The notes beneath the pieces were generated by a model. That model ran no database searches, had not been told where the DNA came from, and saw only the letters and a list, made by a program, of their open reading frames with translations. Shown here in pieces: positions 54,736 through 64,000 of a stretch of DNA of 64,000 bases. Position numbers and translations under genes: made by a program. This DNA comes from Candidatus Eiseniibacteriota bacterium (GTDB lineage: Bacteria; Eisenbacteria; RBG-16-71-46; JABDJR01; JAWXBZ01). Where the stretch lies: the NCBI GenBank assembly GCA_034440375.1, contig JAWXBZ010000105.1:9431-73430 (forward strand). The letters run 5' to 3'. How positions within the stretch are numbered: position 1 is the stretch's first letter; each line of letters opens with the position of its first letter.

Positions 54736-56798
54736 TACCAGATGCGGACCCGTTCCTCCGGCGCCAGGAACATCGCATCGCCCGACTTCAGGTTGAATGC
54801 CTCGTAGAAGGCGTCGACATTGCGGAGGGTGCCGTTGACGCGGAATTCGTTGGGGCTGTGGGGGTCCGAGGTGATGACCGTGGCCATCAGGGCGTCCCGC
54901 ATCTTTCCCTGCCAGATCTGGGCGTAGCCGAGGAAGAAGCGCTGGTCGCCGGTCAGTCCGTCGATCACCGGCGCCTCCTTTCCCTTCAGGCTGAGATGGT
55001 AGGCGTGGTAGGCGATTTCGAGTCCGCCCAGGTCGCCGATGTTTTCCCCCAGGGTCAGTTCACCATTGACGTTCATGCCTTCGAGCGGGCTGAAGGCTGA
55101 GTACTGCTTGACCAGCATGTCGGCGCGCTGCTTGAAGCGCTCGGCGTCGGCCTCGGTCCACCAGTCGGTCAGGACACCGTTTCCGTCCGATTTGCGCCCC
55201 TGATCGTCGAATCCGTGGCCGATCTCATGGCCGATGACGGCCCCGATACCACCGTAATTGACGGCATCATCCGCGACGGCATCGAAGAAGGGGGGCTGCA
55301 GAATCGCGGCCGGGAAAACAATCTCGTTCATCGAGGGATTGTAGTAGGCGTTGACCGTTTGAGGCGTGAGAAACCACTCATCGAGATCGACCGGCTTGTC
55401 GAGTTTGGACAGTTCAAAATCATAGTCGAGTTCGCGCGACCGGTTCACGTTACCGAGCAAGTCGCCTTTCCGGACGTCCAGGGCGAAGTAGTCACGCCAC
55501 TTCTTCGGGTAACCGATCTTGACGTTGAACTTGGCCAGCTTTTCATGCGCCTTGACCTTGGTTTCGGCGCTCATCCACTCGAGCGTGTCGATTCGCTCGG
55601 CCATGGCCGCGATGAGATTGTTGACCAGTTCGTCCACCCGGGACTTGGCCTCCGGCGTGAAGTGCCGCTCGACATACAGTCGACCGACCGCTTCCCCAAG
55701 GGTGCCGTTGATGAGCTGGGTTCCACGGCGCCACCGCTCCCGTTTCTGCTTTGCTCCGGTCACGGCGGTGGAGAAGAACGTGAAGTTGGCGTCATCGACC
55801 GACTCGGGCAAAAAGGCGGCATTGTTCCGCAGCAGGGCGGTGGCCACGAAGTCCTGCCACACCTCGACCGGGGTTTCGGAGAATACCTTTCCCATGCCGG
55901 CTATCGCGCTTGGCATCATGACGATGTAGTCGGGCTGCTGATCTAGCTCAAGTCCGGCCAGATAGGGCGCCCAGGGAAATTTCGGGGCGAGTACTTCCAT
56001 TTCCTTCCGGCTCATCTTGTTGTAGGTCTTTTCGACGTCGCGGGTTTCCTCCGCGGGCCAGTGCGCCTTGGCCAGCGCCGTTTCAAGCGTCAGGATGGCC
56101 CCGGCACGACGCGCCGGCTCGGACCGACCGGCAAAGGTCAGCAGCTTGACCAGGTAAGCCTGATACGCCTCGCGCGCATTCGCGAAACGGGGATTCTCCC
56201 TGTCCAGGTAGTAGTCACGATCCGGCAGCGCCAGCCCACCCTGCCCCAGATGGGGCCGATAGTGGGCTGGATCCTTCGAATCCTGTTGGATGGAAAAATT
56301 GAACGGCGTCGTGGCACCGAGCCGGGAGAACTCCGCCAGGAGTGCCGCCACATCGTCATGCGACTTTGCCTTCTTGATCTTTTCCAGGTCCGCGGACATC
56401 GGTTCGAGCCCCCTGGCTTCCCGCGTCTTGTCGTCGACGAAGTCGTTGTACATGTCACCGATTTTCTGCGACAAGCTTCCGGGCTTCACATCCGGCATCG
56501 CCGCCGCCTCGGATACGATGGCCTTCACGTTGTTTTCCGACCGAAGAAAGAGATGCACGAACGGACCGTAGCTCGCCAGGTCGGCCGGGATCTCAAAAGT
56601 GTCGAGCCACTGCCCGTTGGCATGACGAAAGAAGTCGTCCTGCGGGCGGACCGATGTTTTCCGGTTCTTGAGATCAACTCCGAATTCGCCCAGTTCAGGG
56701 GTGGCGGCGGAGGCGGCGTGATTCGGGGCCATGAGAACGGTCAGTCCGAGCAGCGCCGACAAGTGACGGACACGAGATGGATGGGACAAATTGAACAT
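54735..56798 (-). CDS. M13 family zinc metallopeptidase (PepO/neprilysin-like), exported
   Basis: Signal peptide; VNAYY, FPAAILQPPFF, GHEIGHGFDDQG, GENIGD.GG, DPHSP..R. Confidence 0.95.
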   Translation of the reverse strand: MFNLSHPSRVRHLSALLGLTVLMAPNHAASAATPELGEFGVDLKNRKTSVRPQDDFFRHANGQWLDTFEIPADLASYGPFVHLFLRSENNVKAIVSEAAAMPDVKPGSLSQKIGDMYNDFVDDKTREARGLEPMSADLEKIKKAKSHDDVAALLAEFSRLGATTPFNFSIQQDSKDPAHYRPHLGQGGLALPDRDYYLDRENPRFANAREAYQAYLVKLLTFAGRSEPARRAGAILTLETALAKAHWPAEETRDVEKTYNKMSRKEMEVLAPKFPWAPYLAGLELDQQPDYIVMMPSAIAGMGKVFSETPVEVWQDFVATALLRNNAAFLPESVDDANFTFFSTAVTGAKQKRERWRRGTQLINGTLGEAVGRLYVERHFTPEAKSRVDELVNNLIAAMAERIDTLEWMSAETKVKAHEKLAKFNVKIGYPKKWRDYFALDVRKGDLLGNVNRSRELDYDFELSKLDKPVDLDEWFLTPQTVNAYYNPSMNEIVFPAAILQPPFFDAVADDAVNYGGIGAVIGHEIGHGFDDQGRKSDGNGVLTDWWTEADAERFKQRADMLVKQYSAFSPLEGMNVNGELTLGENIGDLGGLEIAYHAYHLSLKGKEAPVIDGLTGDQRFFLGYAQIWQGKMRDALMATVITSDPHSPNEFRVNGTLRNVDAFYEAFNLKSGDAMFLAPEERVRIW

Positions 56799-57103
56799 GA
56801 GATCAAGGCTCCTTCTGGGGCGCGATGCTGTCCACAGGGTAGTCGGCGACGCCGGGGATTATGCGTGATGGACGAGTTCGGGGCACCGGGTGACCAATTC
56901 GGACCTTGAGTCAGGAGGGGTTTTTACAGATTCGTTACATGCTTCCGATCAGCGGGTCTTCACCGGCAATTGTCATGGATGGCCACGATTGTTCGCCCTG
57001 GACGCCCGAAGAGAGGCATTTCCTGATTAGCCTCGTGATGGTTGGCTTACGATACCGAATGCTCGAGAGCGAAGTCATTCACTTACCGGGCCGCTCCAGC
57101 GAG

Positions 57104-58555
57104 GTGCCTGAGGAATTATCGACATCACTCCCCGTGCTGATTCAGGGCGGAATGGGGATTGGTGTGTCTGACTGGCGCCTCGCCCGCGCTGTTTCGCGCC
57201 GGGGATACCTGGGTGTGGTGTCGGGCACGGCCATCGACACACTTTTGGTCCGGCGACTGCAGGACGGAGATCCTGGCGGCCAATTGCGCCGGGCCATGGC
57301 GCATTTTCCAATTCCGGATGTCGCCGGCGAAGTCCTTCGCCGTTTCTACGTCGAAGGTGGCATCGGCCAGAGTACGCCCTACGCGCTCCTGCCAATGTGG
57401 CGATATCCGCTCAGTTCGTTCCGCGAACAGGTGTGCATGCTGGGGGCATTCGTTGAGGTCTGGCTCGCCCGCGAGGGTCATGATGGCCCGGTCGGGATGA
57501 ATCTCCTGACCAAGATTCAAATGCCCAATCTGGCCACCCTGTACGGAGCCATGCTGGCAGGTGTCCATGTCGTCCTGATGGGAGCTGGAATCCCCAGGGA
57601 GATTCCCGGTGTGCTCGACGCCCTGGCCCGCCACCAGCCCGTCGAGATGCGATTGGATGTTGAAAACCTTCCATCGGGACGCATGGAAGCGCTCCGTTTC
57701 GACCCGGACCGGACCTGGACCCCGACGGCACCTCTCGGTCGACCGCAGTTCCTGGCCATCATCTCGTCCAATACACTGGCATTGACGCTCGCACGCAAAT
57801 CCAGCGGAAAGGTGGACGGCTTTGTCGTCGAGGGCCCGACAGCCGGGGGACACAACGCGCCGCCCCGAGGCGAGATGAGGCTGAACGAGCGTTCCGAACC
57901 GATCTATGGTGAACGCGACAGGGTCGACCTCGACAAGTTGCGCGAACTCGGGCTTCCCTTCTGGTTGGCTGGTGGTACCGGGTCGCCTGGTGGCTTGCGG
58001 CGAGCACTGGATGCGGGTGCCACCGGTGTGCAGGTGGGCACGCTCTTCGCGTTTTGCGATGAGTCCGGCATCGAGCCCGCGCTGAAGGCGCGTATTCTGA
58101 CCGCGCTGAACCGGGGCGAGGTGGATGTCATCACCGACGCGCTCGCCTCCCCGACGGATTACCCGTTCAAGTCGCTTCGCATGACGAATGATCCCGACGA
58201 TGTGCGCCGTGCGGCTCGCACCCGCATCTGCGATCTGGGTTACCTGCGCACCGCATTCAGCCGTGAGGATGGATCAATCCGATTTCGCTGCGCCGCGGAA
58301 CCGGTGGAACAGTTCGTCACCAAGGGAGGCGAAGAGTCGCAGACACATCAACGACGCTGCCTGTGCAACGGGCTCCTGGCGAGCATTGGCCGCGGGCAGT
58401 GGCGCAAGGACGGTGGGCGTGAGCCGCCGCTCATCACATCGGGGTCGGACCTCGTCGATCTCCGTGCCATGCTGGCCGGACGCGCCAGTTATCGCGCCGA
58501 CGATGCCATCGACTGGATCATCGCAACGCCTCCCCAGCCCGGTCTCCCGGTCTGA
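57104..58555 (+). CDS. Nitronate monooxygenase-family FMN oxidoreductase (long form)
   Basis: IQGGMGIGVS, LMGAGIP, VEGPTAGGH, LAGG, GVQVGTLF..ESG. Start uncertain (GTG 57104 chosen). Confidence 0.85.
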   Translation: MPEELSTSLPVLIQGGMGIGVSDWRLARAVSRRGYLGVVSGTAIDTLLVRRLQDGDPGGQLRRAMAHFPIPDVAGEVLRRFYVEGGIGQSTPYALLPMWRYPLSSFREQVCMLGAFVEVWLAREGHDGPVGMNLLTKIQMPNLATLYGAMLAGVHVVLMGAGIPREIPGVLDALARHQPVEMRLDVENLPSGRMEALRFDPDRTWTPTAPLGRPQFLAIISSNTLALTLARKSSGKVDGFVVEGPTAGGHNAPPRGEMRLNERSEPIYGERDRVDLDKLRELGLPFWLAGGTGSPGGLRRALDAGATGVQVGTLFAFCDESGIEPALKARILTALNRGEVDVITDALASPTDYPFKSLRMTNDPDDVRRAARTRICDLGYLRTAFSREDGSIRFRCAAEPVEQFVTKGGEESQTHQRRCLCNGLLASIGRGQWRKDGGREPPLITSGSDLVDLRAMLAGRASYRADDAIDWIIATPPQPGLPV

Positions 58556-58583
58556 GGAGGCGCCTTGTCCAAAAAAATGCTGT

Positions 58584-59216
58584 CTAGTGCAGGTAAAAGG
58601 CCAGGCCGATCCCCGCGTAGTTGGGCGAATCGTCGTTGAGGCCGATGCCGAACTCGCCGACCAGGTCGATTTGCTCGGACACGCGGTACTCGATCCCCGG
58701 GACCAGGTTCACCCGGGTGAACGAGTCGTCAGCACCGGGCGGGAGATCCTTGATTGATTCGAACGAGGCATCCAGTGCGCCGTACAACTCCACCCGATCG
58801 CTGAGATGCCCGCTCAACAGTGGCTGTACGTCAAACCCGATGGTATCGAATCGTCCCTCTTTACCGAACGTCCCGTGGACACCCCCCGCCACGGAAAAAT
58901 CGACTCCAGAGTCTTTTTCCTTCCCCTTCAGAAGCCAGAACTCGCCGTCGGCGCCGATGTAGGTGCTGTTTTCAAAGAAGGCGAACTTGGCTTCGGCATC
59001 GAAGCGGTCCGTGAATCCATACCCCGCGCGTGCCGAGAGTCCCAACTCGTCATCGGCTCCATTCTCTCCGAACGTCATGATCGGGGCCAGCATCAGCTTG
59101 AAGACACCCTTCTCAATCGTCTCGGCGGACTGCAGAACACCAACGTTTTGAGCTGACGCCGGCAGACTGGCGCAAAGACCAAGACACACGCATAGAACGC
59201 TTTTCCGAACCCACAT
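58584..59216 (-). CDS. Small outer-membrane beta-barrel protein
   Basis: Signal peptide (ASA-Q); alternating beta-strand pattern; C-terminal YAGIGLAFY. Confidence 0.68.
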   Translation of the reverse strand: MWVRKSVLCVCLGLCASLPASAQNVGVLQSAETIEKGVFKLMLAPIMTFGENGADDELGLSARAGYGFTDRFDAEAKFAFFENSTYIGADGEFWLLKGKEKDSGVDFSVAGGVHGTFGKEGRFDTIGFDVQPLLSGHLSDRVELYGALDASFESIKDLPPGADDSFTRVNLVPGIEYRVSEQIDLVGEFGIGLNDDSPNYAGIGLAFYLH

Positions 59217-59359
59217 GTCGCTTCCTCCTCATCAAGTGTGGAATATCCCCTACCTGCATGTTGCCATCGCAATTGCCATGCCGTACGGGTTGAGTCCGCT
59301 AACATACTACATTAGAGCAACTTGGGGACTAAGATGCCGTGAACGGACGAATAGTGGGA

Positions 59360-60286
59360 TCATTTTCCCTTCAGCATCCGGTAAATCTCACTGTTCGTGG
59401 AGAGGATCAGCAGACTCTGGGGGTCGATCGTGTTCTTGTAGGTCTCCATCGTCTTCAGGAAACCATAGAACGCACGCGAATCGGCCGATTGATCGTAGGC
59501 GGCGGCGGAGATGGCGGTGGTCCGGGCGTCGGCCCTGCCAATGATCTCCCGGGCGGTCTTGTAGGCTTCGGATTGAATGCGCTTGAGTTCACGCTCGCGC
59601 TCGCCGTTGATCCTCGACGCCTCCCCTTCACCCTCCGACCGAAAACGTTCGGCGATCCGTTGCCGCTCGGCGATCATGCGCTCGTAAACCTTCAGCCGCA
59701 CCGCTTCCACATAGTTGATGCGCCGGAACTGGAGATCCAGGATCTCGATTCCCAGGTCCGTGGTCCGGCGCTGGGCATTGGTCAGGATCTCCTGTCGGAT
59801 CTTGTCCCGGCCGAATTGAATTGAATCCAGCACCGCCGCCTCATCCAGCGAATCGTCGCCGGGGTCCGGCGTGCGGTTCGATGAGCGGATGAGTTCCACC
59901 AGGTCATGGTTGGCGATGGAGTTTCGCGTTTCGCCATCCAGGATATCATCGAGCCGGGTCTGGGCACCCCGCTCGTCGCGCAGGCGCTGGAAATAGAGCA
60001 ACGGATCCGATATCCGCCAGCGGGCGTACGTGTCCACATAGATGAAACGCTTGTCCCGGGTCGGAATCTGATTCGAGTCGCCGTCCCACTCCATGAAGCG
60101 CTTCTCGAATCGCTGGACAATCTGGACAATCGGGATCTTGAACTTGAGTCCGGGCGTATCGATCGGCCTTCCGATCGGTTTGCCGAACTGGGTGATGATC
60201 ACCTGCTCGTACTCATTGACGACATAGGAGGAGTTGCCGACGAGAACCAGCAGGACAACGGCCAGGATCAGGGATCCGATACGCAT
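59360..60286 (-). CDS. hflC: FtsH protease modulator HflC
   Basis: N-terminal TM; QFGKP..PGLKFKIP, ARWRI.DPL, RMIAER..A..RSEG, FYGFLK. Confidence 0.95.
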   Translation of the reverse strand: MRIGSLILAVVLLVLVGNSSYVVNEYEQVIITQFGKPIGRPIDTPGLKFKIPIVQIVQRFEKRFMEWDGDSNQIPTRDKRFIYVDTYARWRISDPLLYFQRLRDERGAQTRLDDILDGETRNSIANHDLVELIRSSNRTPDPGDDSLDEAAVLDSIQFGRDKIRQEILTNAQRRTTDLGIEILDLQFRRINYVEAVRLKVYERMIAERQRIAERFRSEGEGEASRINGERERELKRIQSEAYKTAREIIGRADARTTAISAAAYDQSADSRAFYGFLKTMETYKNTIDPQSLLILSTNSEIYRMLKGK

Positions 60287-61275
60287 CAGTTGCCTCCCTT
60301 TGCCGGTGTGCTGTCAAGGTTCAGGAGTGGCAGGATCCCCTTGATGTCCTCGTCCACGATCACCTTTCGGGTCACCTTTGGAAGCACCTCATTCATCGTT
60401 TCCAGGTAGATCCGTTTTCGGGTGACTTCCGGAGCTTTCCGATAGGCGGCAAACAGCGCCACGAAACGGGCGGAATCGCCACTGGCCCGGTTGACGTGAT
60501 CGAGCGCATACCCCTCCGCCTCCTGAATGGTCTGTTGGGCCTCTCCCTGGGCCCGGGGGATGACGCGGTTGTATTCCGACTGGGCCTGGTTGATCAGTTT
60601 TTCCCTTTCCTGTTGTGCCTGGTTCACCTCGTTGAATGAGGGCTTCACCTGATCCGGCGGGTTCACGTCCTGTAATACCACCTGCTCCACCTTGACGCCG
60701 GTTTCGTATTGATCGCACAGGCGTTGCAGCTCGAGCTGAGCCAGGTCGGACACCTCCTGGCGTCCGATGGTCAGCACTTCGTTCACCGTCCGGTCGCCGA
60801 CGACACCGCGCATGACCGCCTCGCTCATGGCCCGGATCGTTCCGCCGACATCTCGAACGCGGAACAGGTACTTGTAGGGATCCACGACGCGGTACTGCAC
60901 CACCCATTCGACCTCTGCCGCGTTCAGATCACCGGTGAGCATCTGCGATTCCTCATCGAACTTGCCGGTCGCGTATTGCGTCTTGATCCCCGCCTCAATG
61001 GTGCGGAATCCAAACTCTTCCTTGAGCTGGCGCTGAACGGGAACCTTGGTCACCGTCTCGATGCCGAACGGCAGCTTGAAGTTCAGCCCCGGATCGGTGC
61101 TCCGAACATACCTGCCGAATTGCATCACGATCCCGATCTGCTCGGGACCCACCGTATAAATCGTGGAAAATGCAAAAAACAGTCCGACGACCAAAATCAC
61201 GGCTGTTCGGATGAATTTGGATGGGATATGCATGGCTCGTATGTCGTCAAGGCCGCTGAACCGGGCATCGGGCAT
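60286..61275 (-). CDS. hflK: FtsH protease modulator HflK
   Basis: SPFH domain; MLTGD.N..V.WVVQY, LQDVNPP..V..F.EV, APEVTRKRIYLETM; AGGAG RBS before 61275. Confidence 0.95.
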   Translation of the reverse strand: MPDARFSGLDDIRAMHIPSKFIRTAVILVVGLFFAFSTIYTVGPEQIGIVMQFGRYVRSTDPGLNFKLPFGIETVTKVPVQRQLKEEFGFRTIEAGIKTQYATGKFDEESQMLTGDLNAAEVEWVVQYRVVDPYKYLFRVRDVGGTIRAMSEAVMRGVVGDRTVNEVLTIGRQEVSDLAQLELQRLCDQYETGVKVEQVVLQDVNPPDQVKPSFNEVNQAQQEREKLINQAQSEYNRVIPRAQGEAQQTIQEAEGYALDHVNRASGDSARFVALFAAYRKAPEVTRKRIYLETMNEVLPKVTRKVIVDEDIKGILPLLNLDSTPAKGGN

Positions 61276-61517
61276 GGGAAGTGCTCCTTCCTGAGACTTG
61301 GTACCGAGCGAAACGCCGACCCAGCATAGCCGCTTGCGATGGCCGTGAATATCCGGCTCGAAAAATGAACCACATCGGGCTACGCTGGTCGTCGCCGAAG
61401 ACGGTGTATTCTCAAGTGCCCGTCCCGGCGCGGACATCCCGCCGGAATCAGTTTCATCGCATCACTTTCCGGCTCCGATCGGGGCCGGATAGAGACAACC
61501 CGCCCGGAGATTGGTGC

Positions 61518-64000
61518 ATGCCCGAGTCCGATTCGCCCGATTTCCAGACCCGGATCGGGCCCTATTCGATCCTCGGCGAATTGGGCCGTGGCGGGATGGG
61601 CGTCGTCTACCGGGCCCATGATCCCCGGCTGGAGCGCGACATTGCACTCAAGATCCTGCCCGGGGAGTTCGCCGCGCAGCCCTGGCGTCGGGATCGCTTT
61701 CTCCAGGAAGCGCGGCTGCTGGCGACGCTCAATCATCCCAACATCTCCACGGTGCACAGCCTTGAGGAGTCGAACGGTCTTCACTTCCTGACAATGGAGT
61801 TGGTGCCGGGTGTCATGCTGGCCGAGCGGATCGAGGAAGGTTCGATCGGAATTGACGACGCGCTGTCGATCGGCCGGCAGATCGCGCGTGCCCTGGAGGC
61901 GGCGCATGCCAGGGGCGTCATTCACCGGGACTTGAAGCCGCGAAACATCATGCTGACGCCCGATGGAACGGTGAAGGTCCTCGACTTTGGCCTTGCCAGA
62001 TCTCTGTCTGAATTGGACGGCAAGGAGGTGCCGGAGACTTCGAAGGGATCGCCCGGCTCGGTCGACATCAGCTCCAACGACCTGGGGCTCGGCACTCCGG
62101 GCTACATGAGCCCGGAGCAGATCTTCGACGAAAAAGTCGGCACGGGTACGGACATCTGGGCCTTCGGTTGCGTTCTCATGGAAGTCCTCACGGGCTCGAT
62201 CGTCTTCGGCGGGGAGACCGCATGGGAACGCATTCACTCGACGATGATTGATGTCGACCTCGATCGGCTTCCCGTGGAGACGCCACCACCCCTTCGAGGG
62301 CTGATCCAGCGTTGCCTGAACCGTGACCCTGTCGAGCGACCACCCTCGATGGGTGATGCCCGTCATGAGTTGGAGGAGTTGATCGAAGCCCGGCGGCTGT
62401 CGGTTCTGCTGGCCCGGCTGAAACGAGCCACCTCGCCCCACCCGACCAACCTGCCCCATCGTGTCACGAGTTTCATCGGCCGTGAGCGAGAGATAAGTGC
62501 GGTGACCGGCGCCCTGGTCCCCGGCCGTTTGGTCACCCTGACCGGCGCCGGAGGATGCGGAAAGACGCGGTTGGCGATTGAGGTCGCGGAACGCCGGCTG
62601 CCCGATCATGGGGATGGCGTCTGGCTGATCGAGTTCGGAGCCTTGAGCCGCCCCGAGTTGGCGACCGGAGCGGTCGTCTCCGCGCTCGGGCTCACCGGCG
62701 ATCCGACACGCCCGCCGCTCGATCTTCTCCGGGATCACCTGGTCACGTCGAACGCGCTGCTGGTTCTCGACAATTGCGAGCACCTGCTCGAAGCGTGCGG
62801 TGATCTGGTGGCGGGTCTGCTGGCCACCTGCCCCGGCCTTCACATCCTCGCCACCAGCCGCGAAGCGCTCCGGGTTCCCGGAGAACAACTGTTCGCCGTT
62901 CCGACTCTGTCGGTACCGCCCAGTGCCTCACTTGCCTCGTCCGAAGACAGTGGTGAGAGTGAGGCGGTTCGTCTCTTCGTGGATCGCGCCCGTCTGGTTC
63001 GGCCGGACTTCCAGCTCACCGCTGGCAACGCCGAAGCCGTGAACAAAATCTGCCGGCGACTCGACGGGATCCCTCTCGCTCTTGAATTGGCGGCCGCCCG
63101 CGCGCAGTCGCTTTCGGCGGAGGAGATCGCTCAACGCCTCGACCGGCGATTCCAGCTCCTGACGGGCGGGCCCCGCACCATGCCAAGGCATCAGACCCTG
63201 CGAGCACTGATCGACTGGAGCTACGAACAACTCGAGGACAAGGAACAGGCAGTTTTGCGTCGCCTGTCGGTCTTCCCCGGGAGTTGGACGCTTGGCGCGG
63301 CGGAAGCCGTTTGCGCCGGTGAGAGAATCGCCGATTGGGAGGTAGTCGATCTATTCTGCCGGCTGGTCGACAAGTCGCTGGTCGAACACGATGCCGATGC
63401 CAGTGCCTCCTCCGGAAAGGCACGCTACCGCATGCTGGAGACCGTGAGGACGTATGCACGCGACCGACTGTCGGAGGCCGGTGAGGAACCGGATGCGTGG
63501 CGACGACACCGCCGGTATTTCTCGTCCCTGGCGCTCGAAGCGGAACCCCATTTCGCAGGATCGGAGCAGGGAACCTGGTTCACACGGCCGGAGACCGATC
63601 TCGACAATATCCGGGCGGCGCTGGCCGCCTGCATGGATGACGAGGCTGGAATCGAGATGGGACTGGTCATGGCCGCCGCCCTCCGGGAATTCTGGGAGGT
63701 GCGCGGGCACTGGAGCGAGGCGCGTCAGATTTTCCAGCGATTGCTCGCGCACCCGATGACGCGGGACCGGTTGTCTCACGCACGAGGTCTCGCGCTGAGC
63801 GCGGCGGCCCACATGGCCTGGTATCAGAGCGAGTTGGACCAGGCCCACGTTCTGAACGAAGAGTGCCTCACGATCGCGCGTCAGATCCTGGATGAACCCC
63901 TGATGGCCCGGGCTCTCTCCGGACTTGCCATCCTTGCTTCCGATCGAGGTCAGTATGAGCGGGCGCGATCACTTTACGAGGAGTGCCTCAGCATCCGCCG
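61518..64000 (+). CDS. Hanks-type Ser/Thr kinase fused to a STAND-type ATPase and TPR region (3' end beyond the window)
   Basis: From ATG 61518: ELGRGGMGVVY, IALK, HRDLKPRN, DFG, GTPGYMSPEQ, then NLP...SFIGRE, TGAGGCGKTRLA, LLVLDNCEH, DGIPLALELAA and TPR-like helices. Not in the ORF track because no stop falls inside the window. Confidence 0.9.
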   Translation, partial: MPESDSPDFQTRIGPYSILGELGRGGMGVVYRAHDPRLERDIALKILPGEFAAQPWRRDRFLQEARLLATLNHPNISTVHSLEESNGLHFLTMELVPGVMLAERIEEGSIGIDDALSIGRQIARALEAAHARGVIHRDLKPRNIMLTPDGTVKVLDFGLARSLSELDGKEVPETSKGSPGSVDISSNDLGLGTPGYMSPEQIFDEKVGTGTDIWAFGCVLMEVLTGSIVFGGETAWERIHSTMIDVDLDRLPVETPPPLRGLIQRCLNRDPVERPPSMGDARHELEELIEARRLSVLLARLKRATSPHPTNLPHRVTSFIGREREISAVTGALVPGRLVTLTGAGGCGKTRLAIEVAERRLPDHGDGVWLIEFGALSRPELATGAVVSALGLTGDPTRPPLDLLRDHLVTSNALLVLDNCEHLLEACGDLVAGLLATCPGLHILATSREALRVPGEQLFAVPTLSVPPSASLASSEDSGESEAVRLFVDRARLVRPDFQLTAGNAEAVNKICRRLDGIPLALELAAARAQSLSAEEIAQRLDRRFQLLTGGPRTMPRHQTLRALIDWSYEQLEDKEQAVLRRLSVFPGSWTLGAAEAVCAGERIADWEVVDLFCRLVDKSLVEHDADASASSGKARYRMLETVRTYARDRLSEAGEEPDAWRRHRRYFSSLALEAEPHFAGSEQGTWFTRPETDLDNIRAALAACMDDEAGIEMGLVMAAALREFWEVRGHWSEARQIFQRLLAHPMTRDRLSHARGLALSAAAHMAWYQSELDQAHVLNEECLTIARQILDEPLMARALSGLAILASDRGQYERARSLYEECLSIR

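Noticed and set aside
56799-57103. Possible riboswitch or ncRNA in the 300-bp region between the M13 peptidase and NMO genes
   Set aside because: No recognisable aptamer consensus or terminator by eye; an Rfam/Infernal scan would be needed.
61380-62888. 502-aa minus-strand ORF in the track
   Set aside because: Antisense shadow of the plus-strand kinase gene, which carries all the conserved motifs.

Overview
GC-rich, gene-dense bacterial chromosomal window from a diderm organism. Five secreted proteins end in a FlgD-Ig/T9SS-like C-terminal domain, which suggests an FCB-related lineage such as Ca. Eisenbacteria (inference only). Housekeeping genes: the start of a SUF operon (Rrf2 regulator, sufB, partial sufC), tag, a THUMP RNA methyltransferase, pxpBCA, msrA, recQ, an M13 peptidase and hflKC. 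Accessory modules: (i) a MalT-type STAND/TPR/BTAD regulator followed by large secreted proteases; (ii) a porin-VTC-DUF4956 operon; (iii) an ECF sigma, soluble zinc anti-sigma, TPR-CHAT protease and subtilase lipoprotein cassette; (iv) an 8-gene operon of three glycosyltransferases, a tandem phosphotransferase, an AlgE-like barrel, two Ig-repeat proteins and an ABC exporter; (v) five lipoproteins (three NHL propellers, two CX4CH cytochromes); (vi) a Ser/Thr kinase-STAND-TPR gene running off the right edge. The best lead is an identical bipartite motif, GTATCC-N15-GTACCTT, in front of both the anti-sigma/CHAT/subtilase genes and the glycan operon. It suggests a caspase-like-protease-gated ECF regulon controlling a phosphorylated surface glycan. 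No rRNA, tRNA, CRISPR array or mobile element was recognised. Several start codons were revised from the ORF track using RBS and overlap evidence. All family calls come from motif recognition by eye, not database searches.
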